From Marsupella aquatica (taxonomy: Eukaryota; Plantae; Marchantiophyta): a DNA stretch of 64,000 bases. Where the stretch lies: NCBI GenBank assembly GCA_973895155.1, contig OZ316892.1:3661223-3725222 (forward strand), written 5' to 3'. Within the stretch, counting starts at the first letter, position 1, and each line of letters starts with the position of its first letter. This document shows, one piece after another, positions 11,582-25,000 of this stretch. The notes under the pieces were generated by a model, which was not told where the DNA came from, ran no database searches, and worked only from the letters and a program-made list of their open reading frames with translations. The position numbers and the translations under genes are program-made.

Positions 11582-12807
11582 CGTAACTAAACAGTGAAAA
11601 CGTACGAATGTTCACTGTTGTCACACGGTGTGCAAGCGGTGGAGAACAGCTTTTCACTGGGCTCTCAGTCTTCAAGAAATTCCCGGACAAAGCATCGAGA
11701 ACAAACTGATGAATCTGATGAAACGCGAAGTATCTGAGACAATTTCCAGCCTCGCCATAGCTAAAGCTCCCCCACGCATCAATCAGAGTTATGAGCACTG
11801 GAAAAGCAGAAAGATAGAGCGTCAGCGAGAATTGAGTCTGAGTCACTGAGATGGATTCTCTTGACGAATCTCACTGCCGTGACAGGTTCGCTCTCACAAG
11901 GTTTCCAGAACTTCAATTAGAATTAAGACTGACATGGATTCTATTGACAACCCTGTGCTGTCACTGCAGTGATGTATTTCACGAGCTTGCCTTCTCTAAC
12001 GATTTTTCTCTTTTGCTTTTCGTAGCTTTTGGGGCTGTACACTCAACCTTAATTAGACCACTTCTTACTAGCTTGTGTCATACATTATGTTGAGGGGAGG
12101 CCTTATCCCTACATTATGTTGAGCAGGGCCTTATCCCGATGTCCATTGAGTGGAGGCCTTATCCCCCTGTCCGTCATCATGGCTTTTTCGGCAATGTGTG
12201 TTGGCCGCACTTTAGAGGGCTTAGGGGTTCAATTGTAGGGGTAAGACTGCTGGTTCTAGGACATCTATTGTAGCCAGATTTCTGTGCTTGATATTCCTAT
12301 GCAGTTCCCTCTAGATCTTTACCAGACTCTTCAGTTTGCCTACAGGTAGGGTTTTAGGCCTTCTTTTCTTGGTTGTTTGGGGTGTGCTACTTCCTGGGTC
12401 CCCTAGGCTTTTTTGCTCCTTGGTTGTCCCCCCTTGATTGTGACTTTTGTCGGTGGGATCATGTCTTCTGGTTGGGTGCCTTCTGTTCTTTAGCAGTATT
12501 GGTACATATATTTTTGTAGCTGCACTAGCAACTAGGAATCAGAGAAATACAAATGGGAGAAAATGTTTTCTATATGGTGTCCACCGTAATCCTGGAGTCA
12601 GTTCCAAAGTAAGGGACCTTTTGTGCATTGAAGTGAAGAGGAAGTAAGGAGCAATCATTCCAAAGAGAGCAACATTTCATCCCATGATTTATAAACCTCC
12701 ACTTGTCAATACACTACTGGTACTTTTGAACTCTCAGTTTCTTTGAAAGGGAGTGGATTAATATGAAGTGTCACACAAGTAGTAGACAATACTCATAAGG
12801 TTACCCT

Positions 12808-13927
12808 AAACTATAACTTCTCAATGGGAAGTCTGTTGGAGTACTTCTTGGATGCGTTAAAAAGCTTTTGAGGAAGACGACATCCTCCTTTACCTCAGCT
12901 GGGTCTGAGGATGCCACGGATTCTCAGGGTTTGCGGGGGCTATCTCGCTCGCTTGCAAAATCCTACCAAAATGATAGCCAAGCCACGTTCAATTTTCCAC
13001 AGGAGCTTGTGTTGGGGAGGCACTGCCAAGTAGGCATGGAGGTTGAGTTCCAAGTGCACTTGGCCTCTAGACTCTCAATTGAGCAAGAATCTTGGAGTTG
13101 GTTGCTAGAGTTGGGACAAGCTTTGGAAGTAGCTAATTGGGCCATCATGAGCATGTCATGGGGTCAAGGTGATCAACTAGTGACAAGTAGGAAGTGGGGA
13201 AGAGTGGTGGACCTAGCCACCTAGCGCCCTCACCAATCTCAATACCCACACCTAAGTAACGTGCCTCTCTTTGGGTGCAGCCCAGGTTCCCCTTGTACCT
13301 ATCCATCACCAATTGACCGCCATGCTCCCAGGACATGCTCATGAAGTAGCGTAGCTTGTCCTAAAGCTTGTCCAGAGCTTGTCCCAACACGCCGGGACCA
13401 GAATGGCCCCGACTCTAGCATCCCACTCCCGGTTCTCACCCCACTGATGGCCTAGGGGCCAAGTGCCCTTGTAACTCATCAACCTCCATGCCTACTTGGC
13501 CTTGCCTCCACAACGCAAGCTCCCTTGGGAGACTAAACGCGGCTTGGCTGCTGTTTCGCATGATTTGGCAAGCGGGCAAGATAGGCCCCACAAACCCCAA
13601 GAACCCATGGCACCCCTAGACACAGTTTAGCTCAAGAGGATGCAGTCCTCCTTGCCCTGGGCCCTCACTCCATGTAAAAGAAGTGGACGCCCCCTGCGAT
13701 TGGGCCCTTTTCATGTTTACCCCTTGTTATTTTTGTTTTACCATTGAAAGTTCCCTTATTACCGGTAATAATTATAATTATTAGTTTAAAATGAATAAAA
13801 ACTACCCTTTGAGCGTTCGCATGTCCTCCATGTATTAGTTAAGACTGAGGGCCCAGGGCCTCCTTGAGAGCTTTCCAACGCACCCAAGAAGTACTCCAAC
13901 GGACTTCCAGTTGGAAATTTATCGTTG
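12808..13927. repeat. Large degenerate inverted repeat (foldback) centred near 13245
   Basis: Paired blocks: gttggagtacttcttgg / ccaagaagtactccaac; gccaagtaggcatggaggttga / tcaacctccatgcctacttggc; tcatgagcatgtc / gacatgctcatga. Confidence 0.85.
13655..13858. mobile_element. 204-bp MITE with 13-bp TIRs and 8-bp TSD (hAT-like TSD length)
   Basis: TIRs ccctgggccctca (13655-13667) and tgagggcccaggg (13846-13858). TSD CCTCCTTG at 13647-13654 and 13859-13866. AT-rich core. Confidence 0.88.
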
Positions 13928-16900
13928 TTTCTGTTTGACGTTTTCCCTTAGTGTCACAATCGCCGCGGCCCATGACTTTGGCTTGCCCTTAGCCCCCAGG
14001 GAGACACCAGTCCCCTCATATATGCTTCTGGAGACCTGCCACCCTCGGACCTACTTTGGTCCCCAAATTTTGGCCCCCCACCTGGACCCCAACCCGCATG
14101 TCTGGGCACGCCACCAATTGGCTATACCCATAACTTTATAGTTAGGCGTCCGTAAGCACAGTGCCTTAGCCCGTTGTGGTTGGGCCGACCCAATGCTCAT
14201 GCCTAGGCCCTCAAAATCTGTTGTCGCCTGAAACCCCCGATCGGCCAAACCCGGATCAGGCCGTAACTCGTGCCCCAAGAGTCCGTTGCCCGTGGAATAA
14301 ACTCCATTTGCCTTGGGCCCAAGAGGAGCTCTCACTCAAGCCCTCAAAACTCAAAGTCCGTCCGGACCTTGAGTCCGGCCCTTTCCCCTTGACCTGACCA
14401 GCCCTCAGGTAGTCTAAGTCCTTAGTGCGTCTCACAAGCTTAGCATCTTGCCTTCACCAATGCCACGTCTCATTGCCCGCAAGTCTCCCCATGCTAAGTC
14501 CTCCTTGGATGCCTGTTCCGGGCCTGGACCATAGGGGAGCTCGGTATTGGAGTCAGCGACGTTGGAACTAAGTGTTAAGGTAGTCGATTATGTGACTGGA
14601 AGCAAGGGCGGCATCCAAAGAGGGGCTCATCTGGACAAACAGTGGATGTCGACTCTGGCTTTGGCTTATAGCAAGGCCATGTAGGTCCAAGAAGTTCTAA
14701 TGACTGACCAACTTACCAATGTTAAGATTGAGTAGACACACTAGTCTTGGAGTTCCTAGATCCTGGGGTTACTTACCAATGTGTTGGGTTGCTTGTGCAG
14801 ACAGTGAGGACCGTTGAGCGACAGTTGTTATAGGGAGAAAGTGCGGCTTTGTATGAGAGTTGTTGCTGGACACAGCAAAATAGAAAACAATGCAAATTTT
14901 GGTGATGGATTTTTTGACGAGCCTACATTCTCATGGCTTCCATGTTGAATATGATGCATTTTATTTGGGGGGGGGGTAGCTGTTCTTCCACTTTGCACTG
15001 GTGCTAGGTATTGTATCATTTTGCACCACGTACATCCTCTTCCCCTGGTGATGTGTGATGAGCTGACCACTATGCCTCTCCCCTGAAAGCCAGCAACCCA
15101 CATCATATTAAGACAACTGAAGAAGTACTCATTTAAGAAATTTAATTTATAATCTGACTGATTAAGGGAGAACAGAGGTTCATTATCTTGCTCAAGGACC
15201 AAACAACTCACTATATTCCAGAATTAACTACTCTATAACAGTCTACCCACTACAAATCTTTCCATTTGCAATAATTGCACAATGTTACATTTACTCAATT
15301 ATGAAATGTTATCAAATTTTGAGTAAGTTGGGGTTCACCTTGAGAAAATTCCTTGGCTCCTTCTATCCCTGCTCTCCTCCTATTTAGTTTTTTTTCTTTC
15401 AACAGGTTCTTGGGGCTTGCATTTGCCATCTTTTTTTGCATTGAGTGTTTGGAGGGATTGCTCCAAATCTTCAGGTTTAATGACTAAAACTTTTACTCCA
15501 TTGTACTTTGTTTGGCCTTTATGAGTATATGGTACTTTCCTCTTTTTCCCTATCCCCACTTTACTGGAAGTTCTTGGAAATGCCTAGCTTGTTTGCAATG
15601 GGACACAAAGGAGTTGGCCCTGGAAGTCAACATAAAAGACACAGAATGATTTCACCTAGGGAAGAAATGGATTTTCTTCTCGGAAGATTCAGAATGAAAC
15701 TGACACGAGAGCTAACAAAAGAAGCCCAGATGGACCTCAAGGTTTGCAAGTGTGCTCAGATGGACTTTCATAGCCAGGATGGACTGCATCCAAATGTTGA
15801 CATATCCTGACCCATATATTAAAACATAACCTTTTAACTGAAACACAACTGACAACCGTGGGTCATCATCTTTTCAGCTAGATTTCTCAACAATTTTCAC
15901 TGTAGCTCATTAGAATAGGCATCAAATTAGCTTTCCAACAAATCAAATTTTGCCTGATTCCTATCATATTTGAGAAAGTTTTGAGTACTCAAAGCAAGGC
16001 AGCTGTATGGAAGTTTCTAACACATTTTTAATATGCCGGTTTTCTGTGTTTCTGTTACACTTGTGAGTGTGAGGTAAGTTACAGAAGTCCAGAGGGGTTG
16101 CGAGGTTTGCACATGCAATCTATCAAAGATCCTTCTCCAAGAGCTCACATCACACATTATAAAATACCTATTACAAGAGTCATAAATCCAGGTATTTAGC
16201 AAGCAAAACATTTGCATCTCCACTCACCATCATATATATTTGCATCAGTTTCTCTCATGCAGGTGATCCTTGGAATTCCTTCAATGTTTCTCACATGCTC
16301 ATTATAGCATGTTCATTCTAAGACACAGCTATTTTAACTTATTGACAATAATGTCAATTGTACCCTATATAAACTACCAATTAATTTAAATAGTTGATCA
16401 AATAGCAGCTATGGCATAGTATTCAATTGTATTAAAACAGTGATTCAAACAAATAAATGGAATAAAAATGCATAAGGTTAAAGTGAAGAAACTACCATAC
16501 TTTTTGGTGAAAGACAAGTGCTGGACATAATTTATAAGTCAATGTACCTTAGGGGTAGAGTACTTTGTGGTTGACAGAGAAGTACTCTCGCTTTGTACTC
16601 TACTTTCTAGGCCATATTGAGAGAATCATTATTTAGGTGACACCTGTTAACCTCTAAACCATAACGGCTGGAAAGGTTTTCACCAATGGAGATATAACCT
16701 ACATGGCATAGCTGGTTTATGTACTGGTGCATCCTGGTGAGTCTAAACTTGTCATGCAATAGAGAAGGAATGACACAATAAAAATCTCATCAAATACATG
16801 ATAAACTATCATAGTATAACTTAACATATCAAATGAAAAGCATGGACTTGAAATAATTAGAGGGGTTAGAAAAATTGCTAAATTAAACCAATACAAAGTG

Positions 16901-19003
16901 AAATGATAGACTAGGCCGGATTTAAAAGAAAATTCAAAAATTATTCTTCTAATAGGACAAGATAGGGTAGAAGGTGTTGGCCATATAGCAGCTTCAAAAA
17001 CTCATAAAGGAACTTCTACACTATACAAGTTCAATTGAGGGTAGGAAGTAGCAAGTTAACCTTTCCAAAGAATCTGCTACCTCGGCTTAATATTCATTCA
17101 GTAGCCTACTACAAGGACCAATGGCAAAAGTCAGGGTACCTCACCTCTGCCCATGGGAATCCCTTCATCTTAAACTCTTGAAAGGATACATCTCAAAGTG
17201 TGGTGGCTTGATGGCAAAGACCTTCTTATGGTGGATCATTGGGTTGGATTTATACGCATAGAAGCTGGTGGCTGGCACTTGGAGTTTGTCGTCTTATCTT
17301 GGTTTCAACCAAAGGTTGACTGGCATGTTCTGGCTGGGGTACTCTGACAGTATCTTGTTCCACTCTGGATTGTGCTGTGGGGTTGGTTGTGGGCTTTTGG
17401 CCTGAGAAGGGGCCTCTGTTTGTCCTGTTTGGTTGTCATCCGTGGCTGGTCTTTGGCCTTTGGCCCCCTGGGCATTTTGTGTTTGAGGGCCTTTCTGTTG
17501 GGCTGTGTGTTTCCCCCTTCCTGTGGGGTTTTCACTATTATATTTCACAAGATTAAAACCATTCCAAAGGAAATCTAGCTCCATCTTTGTCCAGTACTAT
17601 ATTCATTCAATCACACCATAGTCACACCCTGATGAAAATAAATGTGCTCCAACATAACCAAATTTGTCAAATTGCATGGTCAAAGGACTAATCTGGATGT
17701 TACAAGGACTACAGTGGAAGACTCAACCTCCCAAGTTTGCTGTGTGTTATGGACATGAGAAAAGTGCAACTCTCACGAGAAATGGTTATTTACAGTTCTT
17801 TGTGTGGCAAGTTTCTGAAGAACTGCAAATGTCAATGTCACATAATCAGTGTGGGCTGCTTGTACAAGCAACTCTTGTGAGTCTGATTCAGAAATGCAAT
17901 GAAACTGGCAAGACATCTAAGGGTATCATGGTCTAGATGATTTTGTTCAACAAGTGCTTCAAAAAAACTTTATTTTGAACTTCTAAAAGGCATGTCCCTC
18001 TTGCTTTTTAGTCTTTCAGATCATTTGGCTTTTCTAAAACTCCAGTTTGGAGTAGAAAAACTCTGGTATGTCCTGCTTTCTGTGTTTTTTGATCATTTGA
18101 TTCACAAATTGGAATATGCTTTCTGTGATTCTGATCATTTGGTTCGCAAATTGAAATATTACTCATCACAGTCCATGAGGTTGCTTAGTTTTGAGATGAG
18201 ATTATCTTTTGTATTCCTGCTCCTATGGAGAAGTTTGTGCTGAGGATGAAACTCACCAAGCTTTGAAAGAAATGACCTTCAAAGATAACAGCTGCCCTGC
18301 TTTCTAAGTAAGAGCCTTAGTGCTGCCTCCAGGTAGATGTAATTAAAAAAACAGTCTCTTCTGCTTTTCATTGCAAAGAAAGTCAGAAAACCTATCCTTT
18401 GGTCATTCTCAACTTCAAGAATAATTCATCCAATAGACTATCCACCAGCTTCACATTCCTAGGCTTACCATGTAGTATCATGAAGCCAATCTGTGAACCA
18501 AAAATAATGTACCTCAGCCCCAGAGCTAAGTCCATCTTTCAGCGCACAAAATTGGAACTGCAAAGGAGCCTTTTGGTTGATCCTACAGAATTAGCCTAGT
18601 AAGGCTGGACGGACGTGCAGCAATCATGGCCACAACATCTACACCAAATAATTCAATTTGAGCACAGTTATAACACTTTTAACAGCTCATCAGAGCCTCT
18701 TTTTTTTTTTCCTTCTGTAAATGAATGAAACGATGTTCCTGCCACTGAGAACTTTTCTCCACTTCGCTTGTACTTTACAAAACACCATATGCTGTTGGGC
18801 TGACATTAATACCCCAGAAGTGATCAGTCCAACTAACCACAAGATGCCATGCCATATTAAGCATGCAGGGGATATCACAAAACTGTAAGCCAGCCACAAC
18901 CATCCTAGTAAGAACTACCTATCAGGCAAGTAAAGAATTTACAGCCTCAATTTTGAGGAAAAGAATATGCCTTTGACTAAATGCTCCAATTTGTACACTT
19001 GCC

Positions 19004-22000
19004 TCACCGCCGTCTCTTAACAAAAAACTCATAGTCCGAATGTCTAAATCTATTTGAACTACTGCTATTAGCTGAACTGCCTGATGTGTCATCTGGGATT
19101 CCCTTGGCCATCCCTGCAGCAACTTCTTGTAGCGAACTGATGCGATTCTCAAGGCACCGGGTAGGATTGACCGGAAGCCTCTCACGTATTTTAGTAGCCT
19201 CTTTGGAAAACCGACCTCCCATGGATAGCCATGGTTCACCCTGCAGGAAACATGGCACACATTACAACTTTGGAACATAAAAGCACTCAGCAGAAGAAAA
19301 CAAATATTATATCTACAGAATAGATTAGGCAATCTCATCAGTGTGAACTGGATTTTAATTAGCTTAATGCCGATACAAAAGATCATTTTGCTACTTTTAT
19401 CTGTAACACTAGTACAAGCAGTAACCTAGAATTTGCCCAGCTGCAATTCCTAAACTCAAAATTGAACTAAAACACCAAGGATAGAGTATGTCTTCTTCAC
19501 CATTATGCAAAACAACAGTGTCACCAAGCAGTGTCCATAATATTTAATTCTCATCTTCGATTCAAGTTACCTGCAGATTGTAGCACTCAAGGCCAACCAC
19601 TGGCATTGATATGCTGTCATCGACGTCTGTGACCTCACCCATCAGGCCTGATAAGCTCCTTTGTGGAGCGAAATGATTGAATGAGTGATAAGTCAAGAAC
19701 ACTGCTCGTAAAGGTCCCTCAGAGATCCTGTAGATGGGGTACCATGCAACAGCAAACCTACAGCAACAAAAATGGGCAGCCAAGTGTGAGGTACACTAGA
19801 TAAACAGTGACCGCAAAAACAGAGAGAATCACTTAACGTGCCATCCTACAAGCTAAGAAACAAACGTGACAACCTCTTAAGGACAGTCAAATATCAAGGA
19901 AAATCCTGTCATTCTCCTAAAACAATAAGCTCCAGGGCAGAAAGTATATGAAACATATAATTAGCTCCTTATGAAATATCTCAGACAAGAAAGTAGTGAT
20001 GACAGAAAGTACATTCCATTATTGCTTGTACAGTCCTAGAATGATCCATCACTTACCAGGAAGCTGGGTGGACATCACCTAAGCATAATCCGTCCAGCAC
20101 TGCTGGATCACCTCTGCTGTAAGAGTTGAAACTGGAAACTCCTCCTACCAATTCCTTCAGCCTGCAAAAATCATTCAGTAACTATTATCACTCGAAGGGG
20201 CAACAGTCCATGGTCAGCTCTAGTATCTTTCCAAATGGATGTCAGGTAACATCTGATAACTAATCACGGAATGTCAGATCACTTCACTAAAAATATCTGA
20301 TCAACCGGATCAGTGAAAATTGTTACCACAAAATATTACTTACTTTATGAACAATGGCTGTCGCACTTGAGGTACTTCCGCGTCGTAAAATTCATAAAGG
20401 AGGTAAATGCCCCTATTATCCTTATCTCTCAAACTGCTTTCTTTATGTCCACATGTTGTACAAGTCGGTCTTACATAAGATGATGACTCATCCGATTTCC
20501 CTGGCGTTGGGAAAAGAGTTGCTAACATATCACTGCGTTGAGAGCTTAAAGGGGCATCCATATTCCCTTTCGTTGTGCCCAATTCGCCTGAACTCGTGGA
20601 ACTGCCATCAGAAGAGTACCCAAATATCTGCAGTCCTGATAGATATGGAACAAAATATGCCAGAAATGGCTCCTCCCCATTCTGCTGGACATTTTGTGAA
20701 TCTACTGCTCTAACTTCAACACCACAATAACTAGGCTCCTCATACCACTGCCAGATAGAATTTAAAGGGATGTGTGAAACTTTACACCTACATATTGAAA
20801 AGTCACCCTCTTCACATGTTTGTGAGAAAGGGAAAAATGACGGAGCCACAGCTCTTAATACTTTTTCAAATTCTGCCATAGGACAACCAACTTCACGTAC
20901 AATTGATTCTACTGTCCTTCGATCTTTACAAGAGCACTGAACAGCATCCAAAATTGCCCTGGCCGCCCTTCTTGTCTCTTCCTCAGCATGTGACAACACT
21001 GGTTCGACCAAAACTCTGCCGCCCTTACTTGATCTATCGTTTGCTCTCAGATCATTTTTCTGTTCTCCAGCTATCGGAGACTGTACAGATACAGAATATC
21101 CATCAACGGTACTTTGTGTGGCTAATTGTGAGGGAGGATTATCCAATATCCTTTCCCTGGGTAGAAGGCCCCGCAAATTGGCCTGCTCAGGATGCCCAGA
21201 AGATCGTTCAGTAGCCGCAGTTACCAATTCCCTGGGTTCCTCCGCATCTGAAGTTGAGACCCTTAGCGTGGTATTGCTATTCCTGAAAGGGAACGTCTGA
21301 AGACGTCGCAAGGACTTAGAAGGTGATGAGCTAGCTGGAATTTCAGACAGGGAAGAGCTTGAACCTTCATCTTTCCTGCTAGTCTCCTCACTGATGGTAA
21401 TCTCCGTAGATTTCGCACACTCTTGTTGGGATTCATGGCTTTCAATAACATTACCATCAGTTGGGTCCCCAGTACGCACATTGCCTGCAGAGTTAGATTG
21501 AATGCCAGGACCTTTCACGGACACTCCACTCTTGTGCTCAACTGGCACCCATTTTTGCGCCCAATGTGTAGTGCGCTCCCGATCACCTAAATTTTTGTCT
21601 CTGACCTGAGGTCTGTCTTGGTCATTACTAAGCTTCCTGGATTTCGACGTCGTCGATCTTTGAAAAGACTCCTCTGGTCCTGATCTAGCTTCTCCAGGCC
21701 GCACCATCGCTGTCTGTACTAGCTGCATCCTGGCGTGTGAGGCCTGCTCACGTGCTCCGGTCGCGGGTTTCACGGCAGATTGATAAATATGGCCATCACT
21801 CGACTTCATTGAATCATTTTTACTACTAAAATCATTGGAGTCAGTGAAATCGTCTTGAGAACCATTAGGGGTAGAGGGTGCGGACAATGACTTGGTGTAG
21901 CTAACGTCACTGTCAGGTGAAAGGCCCCTGATCTGCTGCAGCCCGTTTCTTGTCGGTTTCACGTATAACTTGCCTTTGGATGGACCAACATGTGAGCTCC

Positions 22001-25000
22001 CTTCGGACACATATCTATTAAACGAATGCTGCCTTTGATCATCCCACGATATTTTTTTCTGCCATGCCCCCATGAGAGAATCCTGCCCAGGCACTGTTCC
22101 AGAATTGCGAATGTCTATAGAGTTGTCGTTTCTTTCTTTCGTCGACGGAACTTCATGCGGTAGATAACCGTTCATGTAAGCAGATATAGGGTAAGGTTTC
22201 TGATCCATACGAGTACGTCGAGTTTCTTCCGAACCAGTTGCGATCTGGCTTGGAGAAACAGAATCCTCTATCAATTGATCTGCATCATCAGCTAAGGGCT
22301 TCTGAACCTTTTGCCAAAAATTATTATTTTCTTTGCTACCGCTATTGGATGCCGCAAGAGAACCATGACTGCTAGTACCATTCATGAGCTGATCTCCGGC
22401 TCCAGTAATCCCCTTCCTTCCATGATTAACCCGATTATCCCCCGAACTCATTCCTTTCTTTCGCGACACAGCATCAGCACTTGCTTCTCCATTGCTACCT
22501 GCCTGAAAACTATTCCTATATCTTTCGTCATTATCTCCCTCCTTAGTCCCATTCGTAACGTCTTCATCACTACGGCGGCCATCCCAACTTCCTCCACTAC
22601 TACCCCTTCCCCCTCCTCGATTCCCATTTCCACCTCCAGACCCACCACTACCCCCGCTGGTACTGCTTCCGCCTGGCCCACCCCCATGATTGCTGCCACT
22701 GGATCCCTGCCCTCCACCATGATATCCACTTGCTCCCTTTCTGTCCTCCGACCCTCGTCCATGGCTTCTATTTCCATTACCATCTGCTCCACTCCGACTA
22801 TTTCTGCTTCCAGTGCTACTGCCATTATACCCACCCCGCGCACTGAAACTGACATCAGAGAAACAAATATCATCTTTAGTATCACTAACTCGTTCTAAGT
22901 TTCCCACAAGGTCCCTTGATGGATACTGTGATAGACTGTCACCAGAAGACCTGGCTGAAGGTGAGGACTTCTGAAGCCCCATCTCTACCATTATTGGGCC
23001 CACAAAAGGCTGAGAAACACCTAAAGTGTTCGAGAGACAGGTTGATGTACACATATATGCATGATCAGCATTCGCGCTCACTGCATGAGGATCTCTGAAC
23101 TCCGCTGAAAGTTCACAGGACCCCGTCCTGAGACGGGCTGACCACGGGATGTCTCTGCCCACCGGCAAAAAATCTTCGCCATGCTTCAAACCTGTACCCA
23201 TATTATCCTTCGAACTCTCTTTAGTCAAAGCAACAGCCCGATCCGAGACAATTTCTGCAATAATCTCTTCTGCGGTCAGATATCCCTGCCCAATCTTCAT
23301 AGATGCACCTCGCATCATTGAACCACAGCAATTTTCCGTACTATTTTCTAAACACTGAACTTCACGACGGAAGATATTCACCAGTTCTTCACCCCTCTCA
23401 CCAGACGTAGACAGATCCCTGACAACATCTTCTGTGAGAGATGACTCTTGATTCCTAGCATCCGTCCCATCATCCATACTTCCAGAACAGCATGTGGTTT
23501 CACAACATCTGCATGAGTCTTCAACTATAGCGGGCTCAGTACAAAAATCCAAACATCTATCACTGGTAGATACAGCTGGAGTTGAATCTGAGAGTTGGGA
23601 GGTAGGACTGCTGCAAGTTTCTGTGGTTACTTTACCGTTGCGCTTCCCCTTCCTCTTCTTCTTCTTCTTTTTTGAAAGCTTACCCAGTGGCTCTTCAGAT
23701 ATCGGTAACCCTTCTGGACCATTATTTGTGGAGCAGATAATAACATTTTGCGGGCTCTCACCCGAATCATTTATTGACGATTGCAAATTTTCACTTGGGT
23801 CAGATACCTGTAATGGACACGACCCTGAAGGTTCACCTCCTTCCCGAGGCTGTGACAACTTTTTAGCAAATTGACAACATTTCGTCGAAAGAGACGGTGC
23901 AAACCCTGCCTTGTTTTGTGGGACGGCACTCTCACACTTAAGAGAAATGGCACCCGACGAGGAAACACAATACTTTTTCGAATCATGCTGGGCATTTGAA
24001 TTCCCTCTTTCACACCTCATAGAGATATGAGATGCTACTTGCTCTGGTTTTGTCGCAGGTACTTGAATGACTTTCAGGACAAAGCACCTGTTCATTACGC
24101 GGAATACAAATATTAGATGGGCAAGCGGCCAATTAGTTAAATGCCAAGACTCTAGACCTCCCGAAAGTCGTTTTAGCAGGCAAATGTAGGACTTTTTCAT
24201 CTTGGTCGAATAACTAAGCCAGATAATCGAAATAAAATCTTCATACAGGTTTATGGAATGAGTATCTTACTTGAGTTTGTGATCTTTGGAAATAGTTACG
24301 GTGAAATCAAGACCCTGTATCCAACATTAACAAGTTACTCATGTTTGCGAGAAGTTTTAAACTAAACACCGCTTGACAAAGACTTACGGCATGAACGATC
24401 AAAGATACCTGCTGGGAACAACATCAGAAAATTCAACTGATCTTACCTTCCCACAAGGACAATAGTAGTCGTCCACGTGCTCACTCTTGTCCAAGCCATT
24501 ACTTGGACCATCCTTGTCCACCACCGCATGAACATCTCTACCCTCCACTCCCTTTCCAACAGATTGAGTACTCAGTCCCAGACGGTGACGAGTCTTTTGC
24601 CCCTGCCTATACTGTGCCTGTCCAATGCCCCCGTTTACTGAAGCTGAGTGAAAGTGCATGCCAGTGCAAAAGAGCAATAGGACGTAAACCTCAAACCTCA
24701 AAATTCCAGTCCTGAGCTAAAGTAGCCTACACTGTTCTGTACCAGCTGAGGTTGGTTGCACCCCAGTCAAACTAAACCTACCCAGAAACAAAGGCGACTT
24801 GGCATCAAAAATAACACCGATGAATTTGATCTCCGTGGACTTATTAGAGACAGACCAAGTCAAGCTGGACATGTTTGGTTCAAAACGTTGAAGGTACCAA
24901 AAAGAGTTTATTATAAGCTGAGGCTAATAATCCCTCTTGGCACAAATCAGTGGAGGTATTCAAAACCTGTCTAGAGTAAACCTGAGGTTCATAAAAATTA

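Noticed and set aside
17050-17640. Possible LINE 3'-end remnants (also ~3930-4330, 12100-12540, 42540-42990)
   Set aside because: Only compositional resemblance; no motif, TSD or poly-A strong enough to call.
22311-22898. 195-aa plus-strand ORF and other ORFs overlapping the DUF789 exon, monooxygenase, nucleolin and ETR
   Set aside because: These are antisense or alternate-frame shadows of real coding exons.
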